A stretch of DNA of 64,000 nt from the IMG/VR virus record IMGVR_UViG_3300050821_004237, positions 4,872 to 68,871 of that record; one strand, 5' to 3'. The notes under the pieces are model-generated. The model did not search any database. It saw only the letters and a program-made list of their open reading frames with translations, and had not been told where the DNA came from. Origin of the DNA: a virus. The position numbers and the translations under genes were made by a program. Positions 47,427 to 56,206 of this stretch are shown in pieces (the stretch's first letter is position 1; each line of letters begins with the position of its first letter).

Positions 47427-47728
47427 TTTCCCTCACCGTGGATTGAATATTGAGAACATCGCGTTTCTTCTATCCAAATCTTGCCGGTAAATACTCGCGC
47501 CGTGTAGGTCGAACTGCAAGACCACGACGAGGTAGGAAGCTCGTACACCAATTGCGGCGGTCTGTGGTCCCACCAGTACTCGCCTATTGCGGCAATAATC
47601 AAAACATGCGCAGAAACCCAAGCACACATGAGCCACCCATTCATGTTCCTGTCAACTCCGACGGTTAGCGGGATGCCAACAAACGCGATGGCCAGAAGAA
47701 AGCATAGTACGGGGACGAATATAGTCAT
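47423..47728 (-). CDS. membrane protein
   Basis: two hydrophobic segments; ATGA coupling. Confidence 0.55.
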   Translation of the reverse strand: MTIFVPVLCFLLAIAFVGIPLTVGVDRNMNGWLMCAWVSAHVLIIAAIGEYWWDHRPPQLVYELPTSSWSCSSTYTARVFTGKIWIEETRCSQYSIHGEGK

Positions 47729-47801
47729 ATGGTTAGCACCCATACTGCCACACCGAAAAGCATTCCGGCAGTGATAATACCGGCTAGCAGGCGATCGGCG
47801 T

Positions 47802-47984
47802 TCATGGCTCGCCCATCACGCATTCGACGTCCCGCCACTCGCCTTTGGCTAAATCGCGCATGTATCCAGGCATGTCCTCTGCCCAGTACTGCTGCAGGAT
47901 TTTCATCGTGGCGGAATTCTCGGCGTCTAACGAGACGGCGCGCTCGACGAAGCGTAGGCGGGCGGTGGGGATGAGCGCGTTCAA
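47802..47984 (-). CDS. conserved small phage protein
   Basis: LRFVER...ILQQ.W...GEWRDV motif. Confidence 0.65.
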   Translation of the reverse strand: MNALIPTARLRFVERAVSLDAENSATMKILQQYWAEDMPGYMRDLAKGEWRDVECVMGEP

Positions 47985-48298
47985 AATCGCACCTCATCTT
48001 CTTCGTCTTCCTCACTCAATCCTGAGTACGTCACCGCCTTAGGATGGTCTTTCAACTCCCACACGAAGCTAGGAGCCTGCGAGATTTTCGAGCAGAGCTT
48101 GCGCGCTACTTCCTCGGAAACCACAGTGAGCCGATAGATTGCGCTCGAACCGAAGTAACTGGTTGAGAACGTTTCGCCATCCGGGATATCGACGCGCAGC
48201 ATCGGACTGCCTGCGATCATCTCCTCAGTGCAGCGGCCTACAACGCGCTGGTGTCCCATCAGTTCGACGTTCGCCCATTGTTCGAATTTTTCTGTCAT
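47981..48298 (-). CDS. conserved phage protein
   Basis: WA.VELMGH..V.G, LRVDIP, SAIYRLT motif. Confidence 0.7.
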   Translation of the reverse strand: MTEKFEQWANVELMGHQRVVGRCTEEMIAGSPMLRVDIPDGETFSTSYFGSSAIYRLTVVSEEVARKLCSKISQAPSFVWELKDHPKAVTYSGLSEEDEEDEVRF

Positions 48299-48498
48299 GG
48301 CGGAATTCCCTCATCCCACTCGTAAGTTTCTGGGCCATCTTCGCCGGCTTTTTGTTCTCGAACCCACGCTTGGTAGTCCGGAACCAAACAGCGCACCACT
48401 TGATCCAACACCCATTGCTTATGATGAGCGCCGTCAATTCCGGCGTAGCGCTCAATTACCGTGAGCGCTGATAGGATTTTTATCTCGTCGCTGTTCAT
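48295..48498 (-). CDS. conserved phage protein
   Basis: GIDGAHHKQWVLDQ...WDEGIPP motif. Confidence 0.7.
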   Translation of the reverse strand: MNSDEIKILSALTVIERYAGIDGAHHKQWVLDQVVRCLVPDYQAWVREQKAGEDGPETYEWDEGIPP

Positions 48499-48752
48499 TT
48501 CAGCGCTTCCTCAATGAGTTCTAGAATCAGCACGAGCGTCTCCGTATCTTCCAGTGATCCGCGATCTTCGAATATCGACATCGCATTCTGGCACGCCCGC
48601 TTATACTTCTCCCGCTCCGCCGCCACGATGTCCCAGTCTGTGCCCCGATACCACACCGCCGCGCGCGGCTCCACACCCTGAGCCGGCTGCATGGACAAAA
48701 AATGCCCTGCGCTGGTGGTCATGGGGATGTGGGGGCCGGTGGCGGTGCTCAC
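48495..48752 (-). CDS. hypothetical protein
   Basis: GTGA-coupled start at 48752. Confidence 0.5.
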   Translation of the reverse strand: MSTATGPHIPMTTSAGHFLSMQPAQGVEPRAAVWYRGTDWDIVAAEREKYKRACQNAMSIFEDRGSLEDTETLVLILELIEEALK

Positions 48753-48988
48753 GCCGCCCACTCCTTCGACGGCGAAGCCCAGCGATAGCCGCACACCTTG
48801 CGTGATCGCCTCACCGACAGCATGCCAGCATTGCCCGCAACCGCCATAATGTCAGTCGATGTCCAGCGGCGCGCAGCTTCAGGCTTCACGCCTTTTTTCT
48901 TCGCGCGAAGTATGCGCTTGCCCATCGCCATAACTTTCGATCGGTTGAACGATCCGGGCTTGCGGCGTTGGCCGGCGGGCGTGCTCAC
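48749..48988 (-). CDS. basic hypothetical protein
   Basis: 79 aa; overlap-coupled. Confidence 0.5.
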   Translation of the reverse strand: MSTPAGQRRKPGSFNRSKVMAMGKRILRAKKKGVKPEAARRWTSTDIMAVAGNAGMLSVRRSRKVCGYRWASPSKEWAA

Positions 48989-49230
48989 GCATCCGCCGGC
49001 ATGCGGGAGTTGTGGCGCACGGGCGGCGCCGACTCGTCCTCGATGTCCGGCAGCACGGTGGTGTCCAGCACCTCGAGCGTCCCCGCCTTCGCCGCGCCGT
49101 AGATATCCTCGGTCGTGGCCACCGCGGCGCTGAAGCGCTCGTTCACCACCGCCTTAATCGCGCCCGCCTGGTTTGCCGCGCGCACGTACCTGACCGGCTC
49201 ACCGTTCGTCTTGACGATGTAGATTCTCAT
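48985..49230 (-). CDS. hypothetical protein
   Basis: MRIYIV...RYVRAANQAGAI; AGGGG RBS. Confidence 0.6.
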   Translation of the reverse strand: MRIYIVKTNGEPVRYVRAANQAGAIKAVVNERFSAAVATTEDIYGAAKAGTLEVLDTTVLPDIEDESAPPVRHNSRMPADA

Positions 49231-49396
49231 CGCAATTTCCCCTGATGTAATCGTAAAATCTGTTCGATATCTCAAGCAGCGACTCGACGCTGCGCGCGTT
49301 CCACCTTATCGCATGCCCCAACGCCTGACTGCGCAGCCACGCATCGAAGGCCCCGCCCGACTCGCGCGCCAGCATCTCGAAGTCGGCGTCGTTCAT
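49199..49396 (-). CDS. hypothetical protein
   Basis: LRSQAL..A...FYDYI pattern. Confidence 0.55.
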   Translation of the reverse strand: MNDADFEMLARESGGAFDAWLRSQALGHAIRWNARSVESLLEISNRFYDYIRGNCDENLHRQDER

Positions 49397-49629
49397 CGCG
49401 CACCATCGCTGCGCAACAAATACGCCAACTCTCGCGCCTCGTTCACCAAATGGCTAACGTTATCGATCGCACCGTGTCTGTGGCCCTTCAGTTCTAGCCA
49501 CAGCAGATAGTCGGATGCCGCGCCGAGCGCAAGCTGAAGGCGGTCGATATCGCCTAGCATTACAGTTACAGGCTGCGAGTAACGCGGATTGTATTGGCGA
49601 GATGGTATCGTCTTCGCAGCGTCGTTCAT
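49393..49629 (-). CDS. hypothetical protein
   Basis: 78 aa; ATGA coupling. Confidence 0.55.
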   Translation of the reverse strand: MNDAAKTIPSRQYNPRYSQPVTVMLGDIDRLQLALGAASDYLLWLELKGHRHGAIDNVSHLVNEARELAYLLRSDGAR

Positions 49630-49826
49630 GGCATCGGGCCCTCGGTCGGACCGGTATCGACGTGCGCAAAGGCTTTATCGAGGATGTCTGAAATCGCCCA
49701 CTGCATCGTTAGTCCCTTGCGGGCGCACCAGACCTTAATGCGGCCGTGCGTCTCGGGCGTCAGCGTCAGGTTCACTCGCTTCCTCTTCACCGCCGGTGTC
49801 GTCTCCGTATTCGTCTGAGTACTCAT
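49626..49826 (-). CDS. ribbon-helix-helix (ParG/Arc-like) protein
   Basis: KRVNLTLTPETHGRIKVWCARKGLTMQWAISDIL. Confidence 0.7.
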   Translation of the reverse strand: MSTQTNTETTPAVKRKRVNLTLTPETHGRIKVWCARKGLTMQWAISDILDKAFAHVDTGPTEGPMP

Positions 49827-50226
49827 TTGCGTCAATACTATCATCTGGGCTAGGCGTGTCAATAGTATTTCCGTGTTCGTCATACGTACCCGGTGGCGGC
49901 TCGCCGAAACAGTCGCGGTATATCTGGCCTGCACTGCCTGGCCTGAAACCGCGCGGCTCTGGCGCAGGCGCAGGCTTCGGCGGCGCGGCGCGTACCGGCG
50001 CCGGCGTGGCCGCCCGCGGCAGCGGATCCGGCGCGCGCAAAACGGTTGGCACCACCGCTGTCGGCTGCGTTAGCCGCAACCCGTTCGGCCCAGACATCAG
50101 GGCTACCATTTCGACTAAGCCATCCTGCATCGAGCGGCCGTTTCGAATGCACCAAGCTTTGAGGCTCGCGTGGACATCCTTCGGGAAATGCACGTTGATC
50201 CAGACGTGATTCTTCGTACTTGTCAC
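49735..50226 (-). CDS. ribbon-helix-helix protein with Pro-rich/acidic tail
   Basis: WINVHFPKDVHASLKAWCIRNGRSMQDGL; AGGAG RBS. Confidence 0.7.
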   Translation of the reverse strand: MTSTKNHVWINVHFPKDVHASLKAWCIRNGRSMQDGLVEMVALMSGPNGLRLTQPTAVVPTVLRAPDPLPRAATPAPVRAAPPKPAPAPEPRGFRPGSAGQIYRDCFGEPPPGTYDEHGNTIDTPSPDDSIDANEYSDEYGDDTGGEEEASEPDADARDARPH

Positions 50227-50546
50227 ATTATCTCCTAGTGATACTTATTCGGTACCGTATTAACTATGGCCTAAAATAATACCATATTGGATACTATGAT
50301 GTATAGGATAAAAGGGGACCCATTTTCCAGATTGATTCCCAGAATCTGACTTTTCCCTATATGCCATCGCGGCGCGCAGGTACCGGTACAGGAGTCCCAA
50401 ATTCCTAGAAAAGGGGGTGTACCGGGGTCGAAATTGCCTAATAGGCCAGGCGGGCGGCTGATATGGCCTAGAGACCGCCATGCCGTGAGCCGAGCTTCGA
50501 GCGTGCCTCGGTCGCTGGCGCCAGCGCGATCCCATGCTGCATAGTG

Positions 50547-50574
50547 ACTTCGCATAATCCTTATTATGTAACAT
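50547..50574 (+). other. dif-like XerC/XerD recombination site
   Basis: ACTTCGCATAA-TCCTTA-TTATGTAACAT versus E. coli dif GGTGCGCATAA-TGTATA-TTATGTTAAAT (8/11 and 9/11 arm identity). Confidence 0.75.
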
Positions 50575-50589
50575 AAGTATTACCAATGA

Positions 50590-51030
50590 TATCAATGAGT
50601 TAACATATATCTACAATAGCTATCCACAGTTACGCGTGCAAACCAATACCAGTCAGCGGCACAGATCAAACTTGTGGCGAGTTCGCTAGGTCGAGGGTTA
50701 GTTGCACCGCATCATTGTTGCATCGCAGCGAATTCCATATGGATCGAAGGAGTGGCGATCGGGATTAGAGTTGGATTGATAAGCCAAACCTATCACCAAT
50801 TTTATAACTGACTTATCAAAAAGTTGATAGACCGCGATTATCAATATAGACCGTAAGGACTGTAAGGCATACTGTAAGATATAAGTACATGTATTTAATA
50901 TAATTATTACAGTCTTACAGTTAGTACAGTATAAATAGCATGGTACATGAGATATTTGACCATGGTAATGGTGGTAATTTAACAATAATAAAAATGATAA
51001 AATGAATGTTGCCTCCCAGACCTGTAAGAG
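50590..51030. promoter_or_regulatory. AT-rich origin-like region
   Basis: IHF consensus WATCAAN4TTR at 50590-50602 and 50814-50826; DnaA-box-like CTATCCACA at 50620-50628; direct and inverted CTGTAAG repeats 50851-50920 and 51022. Confidence 0.55.
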
Positions 51031-51123
51031 CTGTACATCGCAGTGCAGCAATTGACCGAGGCAAACGAGTGCTGCGATGCGTGACCGAAGTGGAAACCGA
51101 GATACGCCTCACAGAGTTCGGTG

Positions 51124-51152
51124 TTGACAAGTGAGCCACATAAACATACCAT
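51124..51152 (+). promoter_or_regulatory. sigma70-type promoter
   Basis: TTGACA-17 bp-TACCAT upstream of 51220. Confidence 0.7.
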
Positions 51153-51219
51153 TTGACACAGAAGAGATGAATCGCCCAATAGCGCATCAGAGATTGGACA
51201 CATACGGAGATGAATATTT

Positions 51220-51438
51220 ATGCAACTCACCGTTAAGATACCGAAGGTCGGAACTCTCACTGCGTCATCCATTGAGGCGTTAGGCAATGCCGCATGGGAC
51301 GCCGTGCACACCGCACCAAATGGCTTCAGCACTGGCTTTGGCTGCTCCGAGGTCGGTAGCAACTGGCCAGTGAAATGCGATGGCGTAAAGATCGGCACGT
51401 TGCGTTATAACGGTCGCTTCGACGCGGCTGTGTCATGA
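51220..51438 (+). CDS. hypothetical protein
   Basis: 72 aa; GGAG RBS; G.L.YNGR motif. Confidence 0.7.
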   Translation: MQLTVKIPKVGTLTASSIEALGNAAWDAVHTAPNGFSTGFGCSEVGSNWPVKCDGVKIGTLRYNGRFDAAVS

Positions 51439-51566
51439 GAGACGGCATCGAAGTTGTATGGCACACGTGGGACACCGCGCCTGCCGATCTGTGGCCGCTG
51501 ATCAGGGAGTGGATACGCGTGCAGCGGCAGGCATATGCGCTGTTCTTCGATGGGAAATTAATATGA
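51435..51566 (+). CDS. small hypothetical protein (43 aa)
   Basis: ATGA overlaps at both ends. Confidence 0.5.
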   Translation: MRDGIEVVWHTWDTAPADLWPLIREWIRVQRQAYALFFDGKLI

Positions 51567-51649
51567 GCGCCGATGTGTGGTATTGGCTCGCCGTCGCATC
51601 GCTTATAGTAATTGGCTTCGTTTGCCTGCTGGAGGAATTGCAGTCATGA
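51563..51649 (+). CDS. single-TM micro-protein (28 aa)
   Basis: MSADVWYWLAVASLIVIGFVCLLEELQS; ATGA overlaps. Confidence 0.45.
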   Translation: MSADVWYWLAVASLIVIGFVCLLEELQS

Positions 51650-51807
51650 ATAACGTGAGATTAGACACGCGATCGATTAGATACTGGCGCATCGTCAACG
51701 GCCGCGTCGATCATGAGGCGCGCAATCGCTATGCCGCAGCTTTCGCTGTCGGACTCGCGATATTGGTTTGCGCGGCGCTCGCTGCGAGCGCTATTGCGTC
51801 AGCCTGA
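51646..51807 (+). CDS. small protein with C-terminal TM (53 aa)
   Basis: GGAGG RBS; ATGA overlap. Confidence 0.55.
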   Translation: MNNVRLDTRSIRYWRIVNGRVDHEARNRYAAAFAVGLAILVCAALAASAIASA

Positions 51808-54102
51808 ATCTTCGGTAATTCTCTTCGGCTTAACCCACTGGCGCTTGTTATCGACGGTTTTCTGAATCCATCCATACGCCTTTAAGATATTGACCACACG
51901 CAGTTTCTCGATATGTGTCATATCCTTTGTTGTTAGTTGAATTCCACTGTCAGTGAGAATCTTGGCTACTTGTACTGGGTGTCCGGCAATAGCCCGCGGC
52001 TCGCAATAGACCAGCACATCCTCAGTCCACAAATCCTCGGAATTACGAGCGCGCTGTTCAATTGAGGTCTCTTCCGCTGGCATCTTGTAGTAAGCCTCAC
52101 CTTGGCGATATGCATGAAGCGCCTCAGCGAATATTTGCTCACGCTGGTTGCGCAGCGCCTCGAGGTTAATTGTTTTTCCGCAGCGCAGCGGCCAATAGCG
52201 GCGAATGCCGCGCATTTCAGGTAGATAGTCCTCGGTTTCTGATGTCGCTGCAAAGATGCATTTGCGCGGATGATCTTCATCATGACGCCCGTACTTGATT
52301 CTGTATCGATCGGTGCGCGTGGTAATAGTTGAGATAACGTGACTGTGATCACGGCGGCTGAATCCAGCCATATCCGGAATTTCAACCAGCCATTTGCCTT
52401 GAATAGTATTGATGAATTCATAGCTGCCAAAGGCCGTGCCGACTGCGGCATACCAGCGATCGCCTAGAATTTCTAGTGCAGATGATTTGCCAGCGCCCAT
52501 GGTGCCTTCTAGTACTGGCATGTGATCGGCCTGTATGCCAGGCTTATACGCGCGCGCGATCATGGAAATGATCCAATTGCGACCTACCGCCATTGAATAG
52601 GCCGTGAGCGGCACATGCAAGCAATCGCCAAGCCAAGTGCTAAGTCTCTCCGTGCCGTCCCATTCGAGGGATTCGAGCCACTCCTGCGCCGAGTTGCGCG
52701 GGTTTTGATGTGCGGCGTGACCTATTGCGTCATCGACCATTTTCAGGGAAATCTTAGGCAATCGCAGCGTGTACTGAATAAAAGCGGCGAGATTCTTCGA
52801 ATCTATATCAGTCCACTCCCGAGGATATGGCCCGGTCGTCGTGTGATAGACGCGCTCGCAGAAATGATCCCACCAGATCTTGCCTTTGAAGTTCTTATGA
52901 AATCGCATGATCATGCTGACATTGGCCAGCGTTGGGTAGGGGATGTCTTTCGAATCCGCTAAAAGCCCCATTTCTTTCCAGAGAACCAGATTCGATCGAG
53001 TCGGCTGCTCGTTGGGGTAATCCTCGGCGTGAGGATGTTCGTTCTTTGGGAGATATTCGGATGGCGCCAGGGCCGGCTCCGCCGCTGCAGCGACCGAAAC
53101 CTCTTGTGTGGCCTGCGTAGGCGAAGTCGCGGGAGACAAGTCCGCTGCAACGGCTGGAGTCGGCGCCGGCTTATCCTCGGCCGGCTTCGATATCTTATCC
53201 GTAATATGCGCTGTCGCCCAATCCCGAATTTGCGCCGGGCTCCAGCCTTCGGCGACCGCATCGCCGATATCCCACCCTGGATCCTGGCCATTGGGCTGCA
53301 CCACGCGGACTCTGGTGGCAATTGGTGCCAATATCTGAGCGAGCTCGGCTCCGGCCGCGCGCCCCGGCTCATCGGCGTCCGGCCAAATGATGACATCGCG
53401 CCGCTCGAGGCATGTCCAGTCGGTCTGCTTAACGGCCCCCGAGCCCCCCGCCCAGGTCATGCACACATAGGCGCGCAGCTGCTGCGATGCGATATCGGCG
53501 CACTTCTCGCCCTCGACGATCATCACTGGGGCGGTGGGGTGCAATTTTAGGAGGTCGGCGTTGTAGGGCGGCTTTTGCCCTGTGTAGCCGCGCATGTGCC
53601 ATTTCCCCTCCCGCCACGTCCATTGGCAGAACTCCTTGCCCTCAGGCAAATTGTAGCGAGTGATCCAAAAGGCCTCCCCATAGCGATAGGTGGCGTCAGC
53701 TTTGCCGTGAGTCGGGTGGTCCCTAGGATTGGGTGCGTCGGGCGGGATCGGCTCTGAGATGCTCTGGGGCGGTTTGGCGGGCCTCGTGCGGGGGAGTGTT
53801 TTGGGCGCCACGCCATCGATTACCCCTACCAACTGCGCGACCTGCTTAAGTGCGGCACCGTTATTGATATGGTTCAGCGCAGCATAAAGGCTTACGAGGT
53901 CGCCGCCCTTTTCGTTCCCCGCGCCGTGCATCCACGCGCCAGTGTTCAAATTCACGGTCCAGGAGTCCCCCGGCCCGCCATTGGCCTTACGCTCACCCAA
54001 ATACTCATGCCCGCGGCGCGTGCCGCCAGAGAGCCACTGGGGGAGCAGAATTAGGGCGTCCGCGAGCGCAGCGGAGCCAACGTCATCGAAAGTGATCGCC
54101 AT
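51799..54102 (-). CDS. DNA primase-helicase (TOPRIM plus VapE/VirE-like P-loop ATPase)
   Basis: IVEGEKCAD, WAGGS, WPDADEPG, WDIGD (TOPRIM); LEWDG..RL, GTMGAGKS Walker A, RRYWP. Confidence 0.9.
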   Translation of the reverse strand: MAITFDDVGSAALADALILLPQWLSGGTRRGHEYLGERKANGGPGDSWTVNLNTGAWMHGAGNEKGGDLVSLYAALNHINNGAALKQVAQLVGVIDGVAPKTLPRTRPAKPPQSISEPIPPDAPNPRDHPTHGKADATYRYGEAFWITRYNLPEGKEFCQWTWREGKWHMRGYTGQKPPYNADLLKLHPTAPVMIVEGEKCADIASQQLRAYVCMTWAGGSGAVKQTDWTCLERRDVIIWPDADEPGRAAGAELAQILAPIATRVRVVQPNGQDPGWDIGDAVAEGWSPAQIRDWATAHITDKISKPAEDKPAPTPAVAADLSPATSPTQATQEVSVAAAAEPALAPSEYLPKNEHPHAEDYPNEQPTRSNLVLWKEMGLLADSKDIPYPTLANVSMIMRFHKNFKGKIWWDHFCERVYHTTTGPYPREWTDIDSKNLAAFIQYTLRLPKISLKMVDDAIGHAAHQNPRNSAQEWLESLEWDGTERLSTWLGDCLHVPLTAYSMAVGRNWIISMIARAYKPGIQADHMPVLEGTMGAGKSSALEILGDRWYAAVGTAFGSYEFINTIQGKWLVEIPDMAGFSRRDHSHVISTITTRTDRYRIKYGRHDEDHPRKCIFAATSETEDYLPEMRGIRRYWPLRCGKTINLEALRNQREQIFAEALHAYRQGEAYYKMPAEETSIEQRARNSEDLWTEDVLVYCEPRAIAGHPVQVAKILTDSGIQLTTKDMTHIEKLRVVNILKAYGWIQKTVDNKRQWVKPKRITEDSG

Positions 54103-54109
54103 TTTGGCC

Positions 54110-54295
54110 CTAGGCCGTTGTGGCGGATGGCTGACTGGTGCGAATGACGTGATCGCGGACGAGCTTTTCGATTGCGGCTGATCTGTTTCCGCCCGAGATC
54201 TTGGATAATTCCAGGAGAACCTGGGGCGATAGATTCACATTCACCGAAATTCTACGCCCTTCTTTGAGGGGTTCTTGGCGCGTTGCATGGTACAT
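54110..54295 (-). CDS. ribbon-helix-helix regulator
   Basis: RISVNVNLSPQVLLELSK...NRSAAIEKLV. Confidence 0.7.
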   Translation of the reverse strand: MYHATRQEPLKEGRRISVNVNLSPQVLLELSKISGGNRSAAIEKLVRDHVIRTSQPSATTA

Positions 54296-54330
54296 TTCGG
54301 CTCGGATATCAACATATGGTGGGGCGACCG

Positions 54331-54359
54331 AATGTAGGACTTACACGGACAACCGTCAA
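54331..54359 (-). promoter_or_regulatory. sigma70-type promoter with overlapping palindrome
   Basis: TTGACG-17 bp-TACATT; TGTAGG-A-CTTACA at 54333-54345. Confidence 0.7.
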
Positions 54360-54363
54360 GGCA

Positions 54364-54768
54364 TTATGACGAATCGGCGAGAATTATTTTCCGCGCTTCC
54401 TCCACACTCCGCGCCACCCCAGCCCGCCCGCCCGCGCGGCGCACTGTGTCGATGAAGGCGAGCTGCTCTGAGGTCACGCGCGTGCGCTCGCCCTTTACTT
54501 CGACGGCAGTGAATACGGCGATAGGAGCCACGCCTTCGCTAGCAAATTTGCCCCATCGTTCAATCGTCGTCCACCCAATCAAATCGCTAATCCCGGTCGC
54601 GCCGAGTTTGATCGGATACCAGGGCGAGAGGATAAGGCGGTTGGGCGTCTGCTCAACGACGCGACCCTGCCACGCGCTGCCCGCATTCACGCGCAATAAT
54701 CTGGTGGACCCTCGGCTCAGTTCTCGCTGGATATCGTTTTGGATGTCGCGCTCGGTCACTTCGGCCAC
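54364..54768 (-). CDS. VRR-NUC domain nuclease
   Basis: ERDIQ, R.N.G, GISDLIG, AVEVK, EQLAF, GG.AGVARS. Confidence 0.88.
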   Translation of the reverse strand: MAEVTERDIQNDIQRELSRGSTRLLRVNAGSAWQGRVVEQTPNRLILSPWYPIKLGATGISDLIGWTTIERWGKFASEGVAPIAVFTAVEVKGERTRVTSEQLAFIDTVRRAGGRAGVARSVEEARKIILADSS

Positions 54769-54925
54769 CGCCAATACCAATGTCTGAAGTGTCCCATTGA
54801 TATTCCGTGGCTTCCGATTGATAGATGCCATTCGGCAGACCATCCCCAACGAATCCATAGCCCCATGTGGCTGCCTATGCTGACGCGCAGGCGGCGGCCG
54901 GGATGAAAGATGACGTCGCGATATC

Positions 54926-55273
54926 TCATACCGTATAGCGCGTCTCAATTGTGCACGTGGTCACCGGTGGCGGCTGATAGTTAGGGCTCTGCCACGGCCC
55001 GAATCTGAAATAAATCTTAGGTGATGACGGTCCACCCCACGAATAACGGCACTTGCCATTTACGGTCCAGCGCACAAAGTGGCAATGTTCGCCGCGCTTC
55101 TCCAACTTTCGCTTGCGACGTGCTGATATTTCACGCGGCTCGCGAAATTTAGGCTGCTTCGGGAAAAGATCGCGAAGTAAAGGCAGCGGATATTCTTCCT
55201 GCGTCCTAAACGATTGGATCATTTCAGCGAAGAATTTTGGATCTGCCAGAAGTGATGCGTTAGGTATTGCCAT
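54926..55273 (-). CDS. hypothetical protein
   Basis: 115 aa ORF in operon. Confidence 0.5.
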   Translation of the reverse strand: MAIPNASLLADPKFFAEMIQSFRTQEEYPLPLLRDLFPKQPKFREPREISARRKRKLEKRGEHCHFVRWTVNGKCRYSWGGPSSPKIYFRFGPWQSPNYQPPPVTTCTIETRYTV

Positions 55274-55439
55274 TTCGTTCCCAAAGGTATCTGCACGCCA
55301 ATTCGACGGTGCGAGGGATTACGGCGTCACCTGCGACATACAAGCGCATCGTGCGTTCGTTGATATCTAGCGCCACGGCCGCAGCGCGCTGCGACATGTC
55401 AGCGCGGTCCAGGAGGCGACGAAGTTGCATGGAGTTCAT
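55260..55439 (-). CDS. Cro/XRE-like HTH protein (59 aa, not in ORF track)
   Basis: MNSMQLRRLLDRADMSQRAAAVALDINERTMRLYVAGDAVIPRTVELAC; ATGA overlap. Confidence 0.75.
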   Translation of the reverse strand: MNSMQLRRLLDRADMSQRAAAVALDINERTMRLYVAGDAVIPRTVELACRYLWERNGNT

Positions 55440-55798
55440 GCGTCCGCCTTGGTGAGAGCGGCGCGTGCTTTGACTTGAGCAGCGCGAATGCGCTCGTTAG
55501 CTTTGACGACGGACAACGTGTCATCCGACGTGTAGGTATTTGCGTGATCGACATCAACGTAAGCGGCCACACACTCACGCAGCGCATCCACAAGTGCCTC
55601 TCGCTCTGCCAAAAGTCCGCGCCGAGTCTTCCAATGAATTTCGTCCTGCTCCCGCAGGTGCTTGATGACATCACGCAGACCTGGGGCGAGCATAGTTGTC
55701 TCTACCTCGACATATCCTGGCGGGATATCACCTCTGGCAATTGAGACCAGATGAGTCAAATGCACGTAGGTGCGCAAGTGTGTTTCAGTGGCGCTCAT
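55436..55798 (-). CDS. hypothetical phage protein
   Basis: ends ARAALTKA; ATGA coupling. Confidence 0.6.
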   Translation of the reverse strand: MSATETHLRTYVHLTHLVSIARGDIPPGYVEVETTMLAPGLRDVIKHLREQDEIHWKTRRGLLAEREALVDALRECVAAYVDVDHANTYTSDDTLSVVKANERIRAAQVKARAALTKADA

Positions 55799-56166
55799 GA
55801 CCGCACGTCCGGATCAGCGCCAACGCCATTGGCGTTGCCCATGTATCCGACTTTGGTGGAGGCATCTTGCGCTTTAGCTATTGCAGCACGAGCGTTAATG
55901 CGGGCCTGCTTAGCTGTCATGGGCTCGCGGCCTTCCGCGTCGAGCATTCCGAGCAGCGCTTCCAAAAGATCCGGCGCTGCGGCGATTAGGCGGGCGTTTG
56001 CATCGGCTACGCGAATCGCCGCGCCATTGTCGTCCTCCGGCATAACGACGCAGATATCGGTTGATGTGAAGCCGGTATCTCGGCCCTCGAACGCTATGGT
56101 GCAGCCAAGACTGCCATTGGTATGCGGGAAAATATTCCAAGGGCCTTGTGTGAAGAAGTTGCTCAT
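55795..56166 (-). CDS. conserved phage protein (TPGPW...ANARLIAAAPDLLEAL family)
   Basis: FTQGPW and ANARLIAAAPDLLEAL; AGGAG/AAGGA RBS. Confidence 0.75.
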   Translation of the reverse strand: MSNFFTQGPWNIFPHTNGSLGCTIAFEGRDTGFTSTDICVVMPEDDNGAAIRVADANARLIAAAPDLLEALLGMLDAEGREPMTAKQARINARAAIAKAQDASTKVGYMGNANGVGADPDVRS

Positions 56167-56206
56167 TTTCCTTTCTCCTATGCCCAGCGGTATTGCTGGA
56201 TTAAGC

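Noticed and set aside
48752-48794. Terminase-like peptide FAVEGVGGVSTATGPH as a third decoy
   Set aside because: The likely start is the GTGA-coupled codon at 48752, so the GVGG part is probably not translated
50310-50430. G-rich tract (AAAAGGGGGTGTACCGGGG) as a pac or terminus site
   Set aside because: Position is suggestive but nothing in the sequence alone supports it; needs read-terminus data
50260-51398. Minus-strand ORFs of 88-139 aa in the AT-rich region
   Set aside because: Atypical composition, no RBS, and they overlap regulatory motifs; region treated as non-coding
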